A stretch of DNA of 64,000 bases from Phoronis australis (lineage: Eukaryota > Animalia > Phoronida): positions 413,464 through 477,463 of the forward strand of contig NMRA01000085.1 of NCBI GenBank assembly GCA_002633005.1. Reading direction: 5' to 3'. The translations under genes and the position numbers were made by a program. Below are positions 39,336 to 64,000 of this stretch, one piece after another. Below the pieces are notes generated by a model, which had not been told where the DNA came from, ran no database searches, and saw only the letters and a list, made by a program, of their open reading frames with translations. Within the stretch, counting starts at the first letter, position 1; every line of letters starts with the position of its first letter.

Positions 39336-40336
39336 TTCTGAAAGATAAATTTTCAATTTACAGGTTTTGACTGAAGGTTAAAAACTCAACTATCGAAAGT
39401 GGTATTCTTGGGTTGAACTGTCTTGCAGGTTAACTCAAGACACACTGATGGCACTAAAACATATACAAGTGAGAACTAAGTTCACAAGTGAATACAAAAG
39501 CTTTTACAAGCGATCATTCCTTTTCTTCACAACCACGGAACCACAACCAGCACTGTTTGGGAGCACACAATAGTTTATTTGGTCATCAAAGATTTCAGAA
39601 ATTTAGGGTTTCATCGGCCGGCAATAATTACTCTGAAAAGAGAAGAATTTGGACATTTTGTGGAGAAAGAGTTCACTAAACTATGAAGAGCAATAGATCT
39701 AAAAGTTGCAAAAGAAAAAATTCACTTATTATTAAAAAATTATTGTGAAGAGGGAGTAGTTAAAAACCATCGACAAATTAGCAAAGACTTACTCACTTAT
39801 GACTACCAACCAATTGTTTAGCACTGACTTCTCTGTATCAAATAAAATTACAATTGTTAGGTTAAGAACAATCCAGTTTTACCATGTTCATCAAGAATAT
39901 TTATGGTGCACTTCACAAAAATCCAGCAGGACATTACTAACTGGAGGAGGAAGAGAGCTAAGTCCATGGTCTAATCACCAAACTGAAACTCAACTCAGAC
40001 TGCAAACTCAAGTATTAATAATCACGTCTCATTTTTCAAGAACAAATTTGCAAGTTCATTTGAAGCGTGCTATGCAGATGGTCGATTTCCAGGTTGAGTT
40101 TTAAGGACAGAGATTAGACGGTGGACCCTGACGTGAAGATTGGCAAGTTCTGCTACATGTCAGAAGAGGGACAAAATTCATGGTATTCTCTGTGTCGTTT
40201 CCCCGTTGTCTTTGAATCAGCAGTGTCACCCATTTTCTGCGCTTTCGTTGCCTCTAGACCGTTTCTTCAGCATCCCCTATGAGGCTAACGGCTACGACTT
40301 GCCCTAACCAGAGAGCATCCCCTACTAGTACCATCG

Positions 40337-53306
<12,970 letters not shown>

Positions 53307-54399
53307 CACGATTTCTCATTGGCTGTTGGAGATAGTAGCCAGATAGATAGTAAGAACAGTTTATAGAATTCAAAACATTCGAAGCTAGTATCTTTAACAG
53401 AATGGCACACAGTCTAGGGCCCGGCCATTAATCTTTCTACTCGACTTTTGATTAAAATTTATTTTGAACATTTGTGAGAACTCAAGATAGATAATGTATT
53501 CTGTACTCAGGAAAATTATGTTTACGAATGAGTTTCTAGTCCATAATTGCACTTCATGACCAATATATTATAATAGCTAAAATTCGAAGATTTCGAGTTC
53601 AGAATTACACTAGTAGCTTTAATGCTATGGACATCAAGTGCAAACTAGCATTAAACAGTCATCCACAAACAAGTGAATTTGAAAGGATGTGGAATGGTAA
53701 AGGTCAGTAACTTCAAGATCGATTTTGACTTACAAAGATCACAGCCCGGACACTGATTTCATATTTGTCAGAGTTCCTCTAACAGAAGCATATACTCCAC
53801 CTGAATAGCTTGCTGTTAGTGAGTTAAGTCTTGGAATAAATACCTTGAACCAAAAGTCCAAAATCTCCTAATTTGACTAATCTCCCAATACAAAAAAACC
53901 CATTGCATAAGTTTTTGAAACTTGACTCAAGTAAGTCAAACTCGTCATTACAAAATTTGATGCAGTGACTAGTTAAAACAGGTTGTGGAGAACACTGGGA
54001 AGTGAAGTACGAGCTTCCAAACCTCAGTCTAGCTACTGCTTCGGTCTTCATTGATCCGTATTCTCCCTATTATTGGCTCCTATCTCACATCTGTACATGA
54101 TTGGGCAACCATCACTATAATGTGTTTTAAGAGATAAGGGCCCTAGCTCATCAGAAGTCAGGTTCAAGATATGCTAGAATGGCCTCCGTCTGTGCTGCCA
54201 CCTCTCAGCAAGGCTCAAAGGCAGGTGACCTGCCCATGTCCTCTGTGCATTCCCTCGAGCACAGTGAGTGCAATGGCATGTAAGATAATTCAGTCTTCAA
54301 TTTTGTTGACGTAACGCAGGACTGTAGTAATAAATGTCGACTGGATTACATTTGTTTCAGCCGGAAAAAGTTGAAGACATCAATTGCCTATGATCACAA

Positions 54400-54528
54400 A
54401 GTACTTATATAGCAACAAGACTTGGATGGTTTAGTCTGGGTGTGCCATAATTTTTCGGCGTATGGCAGCCCTATGATATGACCGTCAGTGCCAACAGTAG
54501 GGTCCAGTTCAGACAGCAGTACTGTCTA
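54400..54528. mobile_element. Degenerate solo TIR arm of the same family, directly abutting MITE copy 2
   Basis: GTACTTATATAGCAACAAGACTTGGATGGTTTAGTC...GCCATAATT...CGGCGTA...TACTGTCTA matches the TIR arm, and its terminus is followed immediately by the TSD of copy 2. Confidence 0.6.
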
Positions 54529-54537
54529 ACAATATGC

Positions 54538-55487
54538 TAGGCAATGACCATCGCCTCTGTTGGCCCAAACCAGAGGCGATGCAGAGGCTATAGGCGCTCT
54601 GTACGGCGGAAGCTTTTCGGTGAATTATGCCACGCACCGACTAAACCATCAAAGTCACGTTGTTATAAATACCTTTTGCGCATAGAGGAACACCTTAGGA
54701 GGTTGTCGATGTGTTTAATTCCTTCCAACTCGAACAAATACTCCCGTTATGAAACTTTTTCTTCGAGCAGTTCCTATTTCAGTTCCCAAAATTGTGAAAA
54801 CAACATTTTCATTTTTTTAACCACGCCCAAGGTCAGAAGTTGCGGACCTACCGGCGAACTTTGAAAGATGAAGTTCCCGCTTTTCGCGTATGTGCTGCCG
54901 GGAACCAGCCGTGCATTTGCCGTGTTGTTAAACATTAAAATGTCAAATATGTGCACAAAGACTATTAAATGTAATATCAACAGCATTTATGTTTATCAAA
55001 CACAAACAATAATTCATTGAAATACAATCAGTTTCAAGTAACGCCAATTACAGACAAGTATAAGTGGTGGCATTTTGGAAACGAACATTTGACTGACAAG
55101 ACCGCAATGGCTCACCTTTTGGCTTTGGCCTATTTAAAGATTGAGGTCATGAAGTCACATCACCTATACTACATCACCTAGCGAGCGCGGTAAAAATTGG
55201 AGCGTGCGCAGTATAAAAATGGTGAGTTCACGATTTTGGGAACTGAAATAGGGACTGCTCGAAGAAAAAGTTTGATAATGGGAGCATTTGTTCGAGTTGG
55301 AAGGAATTAAACACACCGACAACCTCCTCAGGTGTTCCTCTATGCGCAAAAGATATTTATAACAACGTGACTTTGATGGTTTAGTCGGTGCGAGGCATAA
55401 TTCGCCGAAAAGCTTCCGGCGTACAGAGCGCCTATAGCCTCTGCATCGCCTCTGGTTCGGGCCAACAGAGGCGATGGTCATTGCCTA
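54538..55487. mobile_element. Same MULE-like MITE family, copy 2 in opposite orientation, upstream of the first COP1 coding exon
   Basis: Same termini and TIRs, internal segment reverse-complementary to copy 1, 9-bp TSD ACAATATGC (54529-54537 and 55488-55496). Confidence 0.9.
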
Positions 55488-56368
55488 ACAATATGCATGC
55501 ATTGAACACACGGGATTTATTCAAAATCTAATGCTTGCATTGGTCGTGGGTTATTTAGATGGGTCACATGTTTAGACACAGCCTTGGACCAAAAAAGATT
55601 ATTTTTAAAAGGTGATTGAACGACATTGTCATTGGTTCAAAACATTTTGAAGAGAAATTCAAAGTTTTCATACATTCAACTTGAGAATTTCTTATTCCGA
55701 TGCGTAAAAATTCAAATTAATGAAGACATTCAGGTTGAAATGTACACCATTCGGTAATGATTGAAAGCAAAACCACGCCTTGCACTTGTAACGCACCCAA
55801 GGCCCTGGTTGGGCCGCTGTTAGGGCCGAGCTCGCCGAAGTGGCCAAGACTCGCAAGAGGCAAGAGACAGTAGGACCAGAACATTCATCAACGATCAGCG
55901 CGTAGACAGCAACTTCTCATACAATTCAAAGAACATTTTCCAAATCCTTTCACCATTAATGAAAACTTACAATCAATTATATAAACGCACATACAGCACA
56001 TGAACTCATGAATCCACAAATTCATCAAAATTCAATGCTTGCTACCTTCTGTGTTTACCGTCTTCACGGGAATTCGTTATGCGCATGCTCATGGTCGCTT
56101 GTAAGTGCTAAAATGAAACAGCTTGACAAGCTATATGCAGCAGGATGTTACAAACAAAGGAAGAACCTAGAGTCAAAATTTTACAACTGGCACACAATTC
56201 TATTGTTTTAAGATGAGAGGACTGATTACAAAATGCATAGTTTGCATTTCTGTATCACGAGTACTGAAGTGTTCACATCACCCGAAAGAGGACGCTTTTA
56301 AGGCACGACGACAGAACCCTGAAGGCGACGGTCTCTGGTCTATCTCTGACACATGGACACTTCAGTGA

Positions 56369-56875
56369 CAGTGCCGGCAAGCAAGTGCTGGGCCTGTAAC
56401 ATAAGCCGAAGCCTATTCAAATACGTATACAACGAATATTTCAAAGCAAAAGCAAATGAGGCGGCATTTTCACTTTTCGTAAGAAGACGATTTCAGGATA
56501 GTAATTCACTCACAATCTGCCTGGGGCCTCGCGCTCGTTGCCAATTATCAAGAATGATACCTTTGTCAAATTCGTGCATTTTGCGCAAACCCGCCGGCTC
56601 TAGTGATTCAAGCCCCTGGATGCCGGAATGCCTGGTGCCGCGATGATTTTTTAGGGTCCCGCACTCTTGACCCACACATTTATGACGGAGCCCCAATCAT
56701 AAGCTTTCCAAATCGACTTCGCATCACTACTGACATCAGTTCTATAGGCGCAAAACACCGCACGTTTATCATGGTACTGGTGCCTCCGCCGATGATACTA
56801 TGAGTGCGGAGCCCCATAAAGCGCGGGCCCGTAGCAGCTAATGCTAGTTAAACTGCTGTTGTTAATCCGGCACTG
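56369..56875. mobile_element. hAT-like MITE upstream of COP1
   Basis: CAGTGCCGG...CCGGCACTG terminal inverted repeats and several internal GGG(G/T)CCC / GGAGCCCC motifs; no clean TSD. Confidence 0.45.
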
Positions 56876-57086
56876 CTCCAGAGGTGGAATTGTATGGTCA
56901 TCGATAATAGTGTTAGAGCCAAACATACACAGAACAAGTAGTCAGATTTTAACTCCGTCAGTAAAATTAGGCGTGTCAATTTTTCTGTGCGGGTGCGATC
57001 GTTGCCTCGACGGATACTGCGACAATGTCAGTTTTTATTCAAACACAAAATCACCAAGACCACAGAAAGCGGTTATAAGTGTCCCT

Positions 57087-57308
57087 TTGAAGTGTCAAAC
57101 ATAAATGTTTAAATAAAATGACATGTTAATTTGAAAAAAAAAGATTTATCAATCGTTCATATGTGCTAAATAGTCTTGTTTTTTGGTTTTGTTAGTCATG
57201 TTTAGACGGTGATAAAGATTCTTGAAGTGTCAAACATAAATGTTTAAACAAAAAAGATTTATCAATCGTTCATATGTGCTAAATAGTCTTTTTTGGTTTT
57301 TGTTAGTC
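57087..57308. repeat. Local two-copy tandem duplication with internal deletion
   Basis: TTGAAGTGTCAAACATAAATGTTTAAA...AAAGATTTATCAATCGTTCATATGTGCTAAATAGTCTT...TTGTTAGTC occurs at ~57087 and ~57222. Confidence 0.8.
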
Positions 57309-58946
57309 TGGTGATCATCCACTTGATTACTACCTCCACAAAGAGGAGCCTTCCTAAATCACTAAGAAACTTTAATGCTTGCATTACATAAATACAGCAT
57401 TGACGTTACTTTGAAAACTGTGACCATTTACAACAAAATGAAAGTGAAACCTTCAGCCTTGATAACTCAATCTTTTTATCAAAAAAAGAACAACTACACT
57501 GTTGCAGTCCTTTCATGGTGATCGGACTAAGGAAATGTAATTTTCAAAAAAAAAATCTATTGCAATGTCAAAACTAAATGGCAAAAGAGATTGTCTCTAA
57601 ATCTCCAGTCCGGCCCTCACAATGACGCTGCTCCAGCATCCTCATGATATCCGTTTCGATGTTCCAACACAGCTTTGCTACCTCGCCGATTCGATGTCCT
57701 CCGAACCTGATGTTCCTTGAGTCTGACGTCACCTCTACCCATTAATTTAGTTTATGAGAGGATCTTAGTGTGTGTCAGGTGCATGCATGGGTCCATACAA
57801 AAAAAAAATATGCGCAGGTAGGGAGAGGTAGGGAAGCGGGGTGGGGCTAAGGCAACTTGTGGTCACTTTTCAACAGACTGGGGCACAAAGGAAGATTGAA
57901 AAGAGTTTCGACTGTGGTTTACTTTTGACACTGAACAGGTTGCAAGTGCCCGTTGTGCCACCAGTTGAATTCCTTCTTGTTTAGCCTTTATTTTTTATAT
58001 AAGGCGGTGTACTCCTAACTTGACTCCAGATGGGATCGAAAAGTCCGCCACTATGACTTTTGTTTCCCAGTCTGAAATAAAGGACTGTTTCTATTAAGGT
58101 GTATTATGCGTGTTACGGATTTAATCGTTTAGCAAGAAAATGTAAAGCGCCTGGCGTTTGTTTGAAACCACGAGTAATTGCATACGAAGAAGATTGCGTT
58201 TTTATGACTTCAGCGAATTCTGATTGGTTTCCCAAATTGAAACTGCCAAGAAAGACACCACAGTGGAAATTTATCTAGTCTGGAGTCAAATTATTACCCT
58301 ACTACCTTGGCAAAGGACTCGGTGGTGTTTTCCTAAATAAGACATCAATCATATGCAGTAATCTGCGTTTTCACTGTCATCCAGGTGCAAAAAGTGATGT
58401 CTGCCCTAGAAATCTTTGAGTGGCTCATGTTGAACATTTGCTATGATTAATAGCAAAGTTTAGGTGTGGACCCGTGAATTTTCAGGCTGTTCACATGAGT
58501 CAAGCAATAACTTTTTTCTTACAAAAAAACGTCAGTTAATACGGACAATGAAACAGTGGTTACCTCAGTAGGTATCTCCATGCCAGGTCATTACGCCTCA
58601 CTCCTATTCACCACATAATTGCTTCTCAATTGTTTAAAAAACACAAACAAAATGTGGAATAAATGTTTATTAGAGAATGTAAACATTTTTCTACAAGACT
58701 CACTACACGACTAACAAAAACATTTACACTCCATTAAAAAAGATTGAAGAATGTCATCCAGATTGTAACGGAAATACTTAGCCCCAAGTCAGGGAGGCAT
58801 CAGGAAGAGGGGACGTAGAGGCCCAAGGACTTTGAGTAGGGAGCATGGTGGAGGGGACATAGGGGCCTAGGGATTTCAAGTAGTGAGAAAGTCGGGACGG
58901 GAGAACGGAGCTGTGAGTGGTGGTTAAATTACACAGTGTACTAGGT

Positions 58947-59066
58947 ATACACACACACACACACACACATACATGCATGCATACATACATGTTTATACAT
59001 ACATACATATAAACATACATACATACACGTACATAGATGTTAAGGTCANTGCAACTGATTTTAACA

Positions 59067-59097
<31 letters not shown>

Positions 59098-59172
59098 TGC
59101 ATGCATACATACATGTTTATACATACATACATATAAACATACATACATACACGTACATAGATGTTAAGGTCA
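58947..59172. repeat. (CA)n/(TACA)n microsatellite block duplicated across an N
   Basis: Two near-identical blocks ending GATGTTAAGGTCA, separated by N at 59049. Confidence 0.85.
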
Positions 59173-60849
59173 ATCAGTGCAGCTTTACCCCATTCAGTGT
59201 AAGGTTCATTTAAGTTTCACCGTTCGACGTGAACATGACCTTATGAATATAGACAGAGATGCCAGAATTCAGCAGGTGTTTTGAACGTTCTGTTGAGTTG
59301 TTGACTCTACTTCTATTGTGACAACGATGAGACTCAGTGAACACCTGGTGATGTCACAGTCCAGACTTGGCCATGTAATAACTAAGTTTGTAAGAGCCTA
59401 TGGCACACATGCTCTTTATTGTCTAAAGAAGGCCACTAATTTCTGCCCGTGGTATTTGGAAAACGGCAACACATCTGATTAGATTAAATTAAGGTTAAAA
59501 TTTAAGCAGCATTCATCACCCTTAGCCGACCCATGATGATCAGATGTACCAAACTTCTGAGTTTGTGATTGGACAAAGAGGCAGCATACAGAGCCATCTG
59601 TAGCCCAAGTCTATACATGTATTAGGAGGGCATAAACTTTTTTTTACAAATAATCGGAGACTTTTTGAATATCATATGCTTGAAGATATATCCAGCGACA
59701 CGGAATGAGTTGCACACGGTGGGATCACACAATGAAAAGAGTGAAGCCACGGCCCATAGTCTAGATGACAGACGATTTAAAAAACAAAAATCCAATCAAT
59801 ATTAGCAGATGACGAATCTTGCACCTTTTCCCCTCTAAATTACTCTCAGGTACAAGCAGGCCTTTATACATGTAGGGGTTCCAAATCAGTCACCCATGGC
59901 AGTGAGTGGCTGCGGCCCCGACCCGGCAAAACCGGCGAAGTCAATCAAGTGCCTCTGAACCGCTGTGATGGCTTACGCTTCGACATTTTGCGAGATATGA
60001 AGGCAGGTTTTTTGTCCAACCTCCATTGGCTTTTTTATTATTTTAGTATTTTCGTTATTCTCTTTGGTTCGCACACGTTTTTTATGTTTCAAACTGTATT
60101 GTATTTTACCCTCCATAAGTAAAATTTATCAGTATCGTTATCAATATTTTTATTATTATTATTACAAGTGCAGTAAACACAATAAAAATACGGTTACAAG
60201 ACAAATGAAAATAAATAAATGTACAAGTGTGAAACACAGATAGCACAATTACGAGTCATAGACTTATTTCTCGGGAAAAAATAATCAAATGATAAGACGT
60301 CATGTCAGTTTCCTGTGCAGGCCATAGACCTTTGGCAAGGTTAGATGTCAATTCTATCTCCTTTTCTGCTAACCCGCAAGTGATCCATTCGGCACCAAGT
60401 GGTGAGGCTACAGTAGATTACAGACAAGAAGTGAACGTGGAAAAAATAATTCCCGCAGTCCCAATCTCAGGACATATTTTCCTTCCAGTTGACACTTATT
60501 GTCATTAGAGTGAACCACGGTTACTCCGCTGTGGTGGATTGGTGTAACGTTATGTAATAACAGCAAATATACCACAGACTGATTTAATTTCACCTAATTG
60601 AAAACCTGTGTTAAACTTCTTTGGTCCCCTCGATCCAAACGCATATTAAAAACGGAAGTCTCCAATGTCACACAAGTGAACGCGCTAAATCAGGAAATAG
60701 ACTTATTTCCACGAGTGCGTTGAAACAAACGAAACATAACTGCTACCGATTTTCTAATTTTGGAATGTATGGTTCAATTGGAAATGCTTATATTTCAGTC
60801 TGCTGCAATTATATACTGTAGAATTAATTTATACCTAAAGTAGCGTACA

Positions 60850-60919
60850 CCCCCCCCCCCCCCNNNNNNNNNNNNNNNNNNNNNNNNNNNNNNNNNNNNN
60901 NNNNCCCCCCCCCCCCCCC
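60850..60919. repeat. Poly-C tract with assembly gap
   Basis: C runs flanking an N run. Confidence 0.85.
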
Positions 60920-60970
60920 TTACAATTACACTGACTAAAGCATATAAATACATAAAATTGTTTGGTATTT

Positions 60971-61104
60971 CATAGGCGGCTCCAAGGGGGATCAAGGGGG
61001 TTCATACCTCTCTTTTCCCTTGATTTTAGTGGTATCAAATCTAGAATTATAAATATGTTGACTTGGACCCCCCTGTTTTAAACAAATCTTTGGTCCGACC
61101 CTGC
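60971..61104. mobile_element. Short MITE related to the GGCGGATCC-type family
   Basis: CATAGGCGGCTCCAAGGGGG...GGACCCCCC...TGGTCCGACCCTG architecture with G-runs and C-runs at opposite ends. Confidence 0.45.
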
Positions 61105-64000
61105 ACTTCGACACTCCAAGCTTTGAATTCGTGTGAAACAGAAACCGTCCAACAGAAAAATCTAAAATTAGGATTTTGTGTTTATCTCATTAAAATTTAA
61201 TATAAGCCTAGTCTGTAACCATAGAATAGACCTTATGAACGGCCAAGAAAGACTACTGGAAAGGTCAATGGTGGTATTTACTACAGGGATGTGTTTACAA
61301 GTCTAACTAATCAACCGGAACAGTAACGCCCAACTTGTGAATGTGAATGTGACTGTTCATTGGCTCAGGAATCGTTCGTCTCTCTCCATCAGTTATAGAG
61401 CTGCGCAGAACTGTAGTCGATTGCTTGACGGCTGACTTTCATTAGTCGCTACAGCCACGACTGTGTGAGAGCAGATGTGAAACTGTGGATATATGTATTG
61501 AGAAATTCTGCACCAAATATTGGCGTCGGTTGACTTGGTTATTGACCCGACGTGTGATGCATATTTGTGGATCGCCTTCATTTTGACCTCTTTACTCAAC
61601 AAAACTACTTGAGAGGCTCAGTAATCGAGTCAGCGTGGAGTTAACCATCTGATCAACTTTCTACTGGGTTCACAGCAATCGGTCTGTAAATAATCGAGGA
61701 CCACAGTACATCACTTTTTATAGACGACTGCTAATGGTTGCTACGTGAAACATCGATGCTGCGATGACCGGGCCATGTGAAAGATGTTTAGACCGTTTGC
61801 CTGAAAGGACTGGTTCTTCCATTACAACTGGGTTTACCTTAGTAAGTGCGTGTATCATGTTAGATCACTAACTTTGACGTTGTGATTGTTAGCAACTGTT
61901 GGAACAACGACGTTTGCTTATTATTGCTGTTTAGAGGCGCAGAGCGGAACATCCACAGCACTCACAGAGTTGTACACAGACCTGCGCTTTCGACTAAAGG
62001 TCATTTACATGTAATTAAGCGTCACAGACAGCAAAACAATGTGTGTACTAGATAAGAATGTGAATTCTGAAATTTTGATTTTCAAAAGGACAAAAATATC
62101 AGACCCGAGAAAGATATTTTTATCATCTCAGGTCTTAACAAGAAAAGCTTTAACACCGTATCACGTGGTTTAACTCCAAAATCAAAATGATGAGTCCGAT
62201 GGGAACTGGCCTCCAGTCCGAAATTGCCTCACAAGTGACTGGACTGTCTAGTCTTGGAACTAAACAACAAGACTGTAGAACATAACAGCGAGAAAAACTG
62301 CATGCATAATTCGTTTTCAGGATTTAGTACAAAACTTACTAGAGCGTTTTTACAAAAGTAAACTGTTTGGCTGGAGCAACAAATCTGCAGGAATGCCGTT
62401 ATGAAATCTTCAGCTCTACCAGTTTTGAACAATCTTTTTCATCAATTACTAATGATATTTCCTGGTTTTACTTTTTTGCTTGTTCTGGTACTGGCTAACC
62501 CACAGCCAAACCAGTCATTCTAAATATGAGTTCAAGCAATAAATGATTACATGTACCAACAAAACACAACTGTTTTGTTAAGTGAATATGTTGATAGCCT
62601 GTAACCTCACAATGGAGTATTCGTGGGAAATATTCATAACGAAATGCTTGATATCTTGTAACTGATGGGAGTTTCATGAAGCTGTCAGACGGCAATCTCA
62701 CCAATTGTTCAAGGTGGCCACATTATTCATCATCTGTTTTAACGTTACGGTCTATTAAAATAGACCATTACGAGTTGGCAACTTTTGTTCGACACTATCG
62801 TTCTGCTTTTTATGGTATTTCTCAAATCAGAACATGTTCATAAGTCTAGAATGTATTATGCGCCCTCTTCGTCATGCGTTTTGCTACCATCCTAAACGCG
62901 TGAAAAATCCATAAGTCAAATAATTAAGAGTTGACACGGAAACGGATTGATGATTTTTGTATCATGACCATCATGCGGCAGGTGTTCCCTAAGTTACCGA
63001 ATATCTAGTATTCTACAATAAAGAACAATAAACCCTCCTTCCACATCAAAAATAAGGTTTTGTTTAAATCGCTTATGTCATTGTAAAATTAGCCTCATAT
63101 GTTACGTAGTTATGTTAAATGTGTTTTTCGATCTTCGAAAGACAGTTTGTTGAGACCAGACTCTACGCGTTGACTTGTCACGGCGTGTCATTTTCATGCT
63201 CCGCTCATGGTCTCAAGGAATTATTCTTTGCTAGCACAAAAGAAGGGACGAGTCGAGATCATTTTTACTGTGCCATGTGGTCTAAAGAAAAGGTTCATTT
63301 CTTTGACTGAACGCGAGTTTATAGTGATTGTCGACACAAAAGTGGCCGTCGAGCTCTGGAGGGCGGAATGGCACACAAGTGTCATCTTGCACGTCTTGTT
63401 CGGTGTATTTATATACCACCAAAATATATTCTATTGCGATTCATTATGAATATGTAAAATAGGTTGAAAGTGTATAATTACAGATATTCACCGTCTTCAT
63501 ATGTGTTGTCAGTGGACTTGTAATCCGGACGGAAGGAAAACTGGAACGGTTTGACGACGCAGATAACTTATGGGAAATCTTATGTAAGTATGCATGTACA
63601 TGTATCTACACCTGTAAGGGTACTGGGGCCTGATCGCGGCTTTTTGGTGACAACTGATTACACATGTGACAAGCGACCACTTAACGAATTTTCCAAAAGA
63701 AACCTCAGCTTCGAAAGTGCTCATGTGTATTTTGGAGAAATATTTCTATTTTTTGCGGAACAATGAGTTGGTTAAAAATCGTGCCGAAGTCTAATCAATC
63801 GAAATTTTACGACTTTTATTTAGTGAACCAGTGTAAATTTGCGCAGACGTCGGTTGCCAAAGTAAAAGTTCTAACTGAGACCGCCCGTCTACGCACAACT
63901 AAAGATGATGTTGTTTAGGATATCTTGAACAATCGCTACAATCAAGAAACCTTTGTATATAATGACTTGTATACTGCAAATACACAAACCTCGTTTCTTG

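Noticed and set aside
57600-57745. GC-balanced segment that looks exon-like
   Set aside because: Open frames are short and lack consistent splice sites or recognisable homology.
59200-64000. Possible gene in the last 5 kb
   Set aside because: No exon chain with consistent phase or recognisable translation could be built on either strand.

Overview
AT-rich, intron-containing animal DNA, probably a marine invertebrate (inferred from repeat style and gene content). It has N gaps and is not prokaryotic, so the ORF track is mostly uninformative; I built exon chains by hand from GT-AG junctions and phase consistency. Genes: (1) the 5' part of a Drosha gene on the minus strand (14 coding exons, 13613 down to 693, reaching the RNase IIIa signature NERLEFLGDAV and continuing off the left edge); (2) a tail-to-tail pair of paralogous 6-exon genes (18388-23428 +, 26618-30805 -) encoding ~231-233 aa signal-peptide proteins made of one conserved domain that I cannot name; (3) a complete 18-coding-exon COP1/RFWD2 E3 ligase gene on the minus strand (40337-53306). 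Non-coding structure: two young ~0.93-0.95 kb fold-back elements with 9-bp target-site duplications (Mutator-like) in the 5' regions of Drosha and COP1, each next to older decayed relatives whose terminal hairpin shows compensatory changes. Also present are repeats carrying CTCF-like motifs, a THAP-domain remnant, several small MITEs, mini- and microsatellites, and a 2.25 kb tandem duplication joined at a single N that is probably an assembly artefact.
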